Source: Ascidiella aspersa
Lineage: Eukaryota
Direction: 5' to 3'
DNA length: 64,000 nt
Assembly (NCBI GenBank): GCA_963924565.1
Contig: OZ004609.1
Span: 26,288,001-26,352,000 of the forward strand
Within the stretch, counting starts at the first letter, position 1. Every line of letters starts with the position of its first letter. The notes under the pieces are model-generated. The model was not told the DNA's origin and did not search any database. It saw nothing but the letters and a program-made list of their open reading frames with translations. Of this stretch, positions 60,567-64,000 are shown piece by piece. The position numbers and the translations under genes were made by a program.

Positions 60567-62373
60567 ATGGCGATGCAGGCAGCCCGCAGAGCGAATGTAA
60601 GTATGCCTATAGATTATGTTATTGTTGTTACTTCTATAACAAGTTCAGGTCCTACAATGTTTTAAAAATTAATGAATATTTTTAGGTAAGGCTGCTCGTT
60701 TATAATTTAAATTTGACAAATCATTTCGAAGTACGTTTTATGACTGTAAAAAAGGTGGTAGGATTCAAGACTAGGCTGGCATTGGTTCAACATCCAATAA
60801 TTTTTTTTTTTTTTTTACTCTTTGTAAATCATAAAAATTATTATTGGCTGTAAAAAAAACTTCCCAAAACATGTACAATATGTACCACTAAAACATATAA
60901 TTATTTGAACATTTTGACTTGCGCGAAATAATTCTTGCAGTTTATTGTTACAATTTTCAATGTGTTGACAGGTTCGATTACCTCCAGAAGTGAATCGTAT
61001 ATTGTATGTACGAAATTTACCTTACAAAATTACAGCAGAGGAAATGTATGATATCTTTGGAAAATATGGTGCAATTCGACAAATCAGATTGTAAGTTAAC
61101 TATATAATGTATATTTTACACTAATATTACAGGTTGTTGTGTACAACTTAAATGCAAATATAACTATATTAAGTATATAAGCTATTGCTGCCAGGCATAA
61201 ATGTCAAGTTTGTAGAGCTCTTCTGGCAAATAAATGTATGTCTTGCAATTAAATATGACGGCTGGCACTTAAATATTTCCTTTAGAGGTTCGACATCTGA
61301 CACCAAGGGGACAGCTTATGTTGTGTATGAAGACATTTTCGATGCCAAAAATGCTTGCGACCACCTTTCAGGATTTAATGTGTGCAATCGCTACTTGGTT
61401 GTATTATATTATAATCCAAACAGAGTAAGTAGGATTAGAATAATGTCTTAATTTATATACCTTAAATAATTATTAAACAATTATTTTGCATATTAACTTG
61501 GCATGATGGTAAAAATTAAAATGTTTTTGACAAAAAATTGGAAGTTGTTTGTTGTGCAAGAAAAATTATATCATATTTTTGTACTAAAATATCGGCAAAA
61601 GTATCGGCCTACATTTACCAATATATCGGTAGAAGCCAAATATTGGCCGATATTATCGGTAAACCGATATATCGGTCTATCTCTAGTTTTTAGGCTTGCA
61701 AGCACTTTTGTTTCTATCCATGTTATTAAATTCATGCTGTGTTTCTCGCTTTTTGCTTGTTAGATCTGCTCTAAAAAGAATCTAAAGTGAAACCTAAAAC
61801 ATGTTATTAAGGTTTGATTTCAATTGTTGTAGCCATGTATAGGTTTACTATCAATAATACAAACTTGTGGTGTGCAGACTAAAAAAGAATACAGAAACCA
61901 CTTTTGCAAATCAAATCAAAAAAAACTTCTTCAAATGCATGTAATTTAAATCAACTATCCACATAATTTCAAATGGTTTACTGTGTTGCAGATTATAATA
62001 AAAAATGTAATAGTCTTTTACAAGTTAACTATTTGAATACCTTTTATATTTCTGAGTAAACAGCAGACTGGAAAGTCAATTCAAAGCAACCAGAGTTGGT
62101 CTCCACCTACTGGGGTGTGTTTCACTTTTACAATATACGGTGAAGCCTTATCACTTCTGAACTTGGTACAGCGCATGTCAAACTCTGTAGTCAAGTATTC
62201 TAACTGTAAGGCTCCAGCCAACGAATGACCATGTTGGGGTCAAGGTTAACAGTATTGAATTTTTATTCATTGCTTTGCTTTTACAGCAATTTAAGAAGCG
62301 GGATGCAGACAAGAAACAGGAGCAACTAGACAAGATGAAGGCAAAGTTTGGTGTCAGCACTGATGCAAAGTAA
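60567..62373 (+). CDS. SF3B6: Splicing factor 3B subunit 6 (p14); exons 60567-60596, 60972-61090, 61286-61424, 62287-62373
   Basis: [51 protein letters not shown]...[36 protein letters not shown]. Confidence 0.97.
61439..61685. mobile_element. 5'-truncated copy of the 25839-26234 hAT MITE
   Basis: Colinear with ~25984-26234 and ends in aaaccgatatatcggtctatctcta. Confidence 0.88.
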
Positions 62374-63573
62374 TAATACTATGGGAAGATCAACTGGTTA
62401 AAACCAAACAACTGTCTACAGACTACAATTGTCTAAACTAAACTTGTAAAAACTTTCATGTTCTGTTAGTTTAATGTAGTATTCAATCATTATTGCCAAT
62501 TACAGGTCACACTTTTTTGTCTTATTTTATTGTCTTTCAATTGTTTTTATATAAACTCATTGCAATGCAAGACACAGATCTTTTTTCAACATTTATTTAA
62601 GAAGTTCACAGATGCAATAATTATTTAATTGCATAAAAGCCATAAAACATAATTCCTTCAAAGATACTTAAAAGAACCAACATGATTTTATTATGTGCAA
62701 TATAAATAGGTTTGCGGTAGGAGCCTTTGTGGAGTACAGAATAATACAAGAATAAACCAATAACAAAATATTGGAAAATAATTTAACAAAGCACATGTAC
62801 ATAAACTCATTCAAAATATAGTTTTGTGTTACCATCTACTTTTACAAAACTAAACAAACACACTACTTAAAATGTTGTAACAACATAGTCCTGATTTTTT
62901 TTCTAGTAGATTGTATTGGCAATCCACTACGTGAAAGAGATTGTTCAACAGATAGAAAACTTAAAAATGATTACTATTTAGGAAAAACATACAAAACAAA
63001 ATATTCTTGTCCAATTTATACTTTTATGAACTGATTAATGTGGAAGCATTAATGATGAGCAAACTTCATTAAAAAAAAATGGTATTTCTTAAGCTCTGTA
63101 ATTTGAAGGCTGCCTTAAATGCCTAAGAAAGCATGCCCTGTATAATTTTTATTTAATGTTAAAGGTGATACACTCATCAAGCCCGTTTTATCAAAAACAC
63201 ATTATTTTGGGGCCAATATGCTGTAAAAACAGTCATTTATTTCATACCAAAACATTCATCAAATATTTTAAAATAAAGAGGCACCTAGGGCACAGTAAAG
63301 GATAACACAATATGCTAGGGTGGTCCAAACCTAGGCACAGAAACTTTGTACCATATCAAGGTTTTATAAAGTGTTTTCATAGCAAATAAACCCATTAAGT
63401 TAAAACATACTATAAAAAATTTTAAACTTTTTATTATGAGAATTCATACCTAATCTTGTGTGCCCTGTGATAAATTTTAGCATAAAATTAAACCACCCTG
63501 AACTAGTTAAAAAACGCATGCAACAAAAAAGTTGATTAAAAATTCTTAAGGACACAAAAAGTAGTGATACGGT

Positions 63574-63994
63574 TCACAGCTTCTTTTTTGAAAGTGCAGG
63601 AATATAAAAAATAAATCTGATGCATATACAAAACGCTGTCATAATAAGAGGCACAATATATGTCGCAAAGTAGGTACCCTGGTGAAATTTCATCATTGGC
63701 TTGTAGTCTGAAAGTGTGTGAGCAACAAAAAAACTTGCAAAACAAAACATCTTAACTGTTGCCCAATGCAGCCTGAATGATATGGAACAAATAATTATTT
63801 GTATATTTAAAATAGTGTAAAAAGCAAGGACTTACATTGTGTACAGTCTTTTGCCAAGTTTTCCAGGAATGACTTTGTTAGTGTTTAGGCAAGTTTGATC
63901 TAGGGCAGCCATAATAGGCAGGGGCATGAAGCAAATATAAAAACCTGGTTTTATTCCATGCCAAATAGAACTTACCAAAACCACAGAGAAAGCC
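63574..63994 (-). CDS. MBOAT-family lysophospholipid acyltransferase (MBOAT7-like), last two exons 63994-63836 and 63772-63574; gene continues beyond the window
   Basis: VSSIWHGIKPGFYICF (catalytic His motif), LHWATVKM and a C-terminal di-lysine ER signal SKKKL*. Confidence 0.85.
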
Positions 63995-64000
63995 CTTTAA

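Noticed and set aside
6155-62373. PRPF39, the U1 copy and SF3B6 as a functional splicing gene cluster
   Set aside because: They are far apart and separated by unrelated genes, and the U1 copy is a retro-insertion; coincidence is sufficient.
63536-63745. 69-aa minus-strand ORF
   Set aside because: Wrong frame; overlaps the terminal exon of the MBOAT gene.
1-64000. CRISPR array, rRNA, tRNA or autonomous transposase/RT ORF
   Set aside because: None seen; eukaryotic DNA with only non-autonomous elements.

Overview
AT-rich, compact animal genomic DNA with short introns. The gene density, MITE load and mosaic CpG depletion suggest an invertebrate chordate, probably an ascidian (inference only). 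Exons were assembled by hand with splice phases checked. Genes: 3' half of SNX14 (+); intronless PRPF39 (+); an NHL-repeat protein (-) with a GC-AG intron; intronless CTU2 (+); a 21-exon PLEKHG4/PLEKHG4B-type SEC14-spectrin-DH-PH RhoGEF (+, 19777-58057) with a 24.4-kb intron; an acylphosphatase (-) that the ORF track does not resolve; intronless TMEM101 (-); SF3B6 (+); and the 3' end of an MBOAT7-like gene (-). The most interesting features lie in the giant RhoGEF intron: an in-phase alternative terminal exon, two in-phase alternative first exons (so the N- and C-terminal halves could be expressed separately), a retroposed half-U1 snRNA with target-site duplication, and a ~460-bp palindrome carrying a Penelope-type minimal hammerhead ribozyme. 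Elsewhere there is a candidate HDV-like ribozyme, a cassette exon that swaps the RhoGEF PDZ-binding tail, nested MITEs and two operon-like gene pairs. Gene names come from recalled protein motifs, not database searches.
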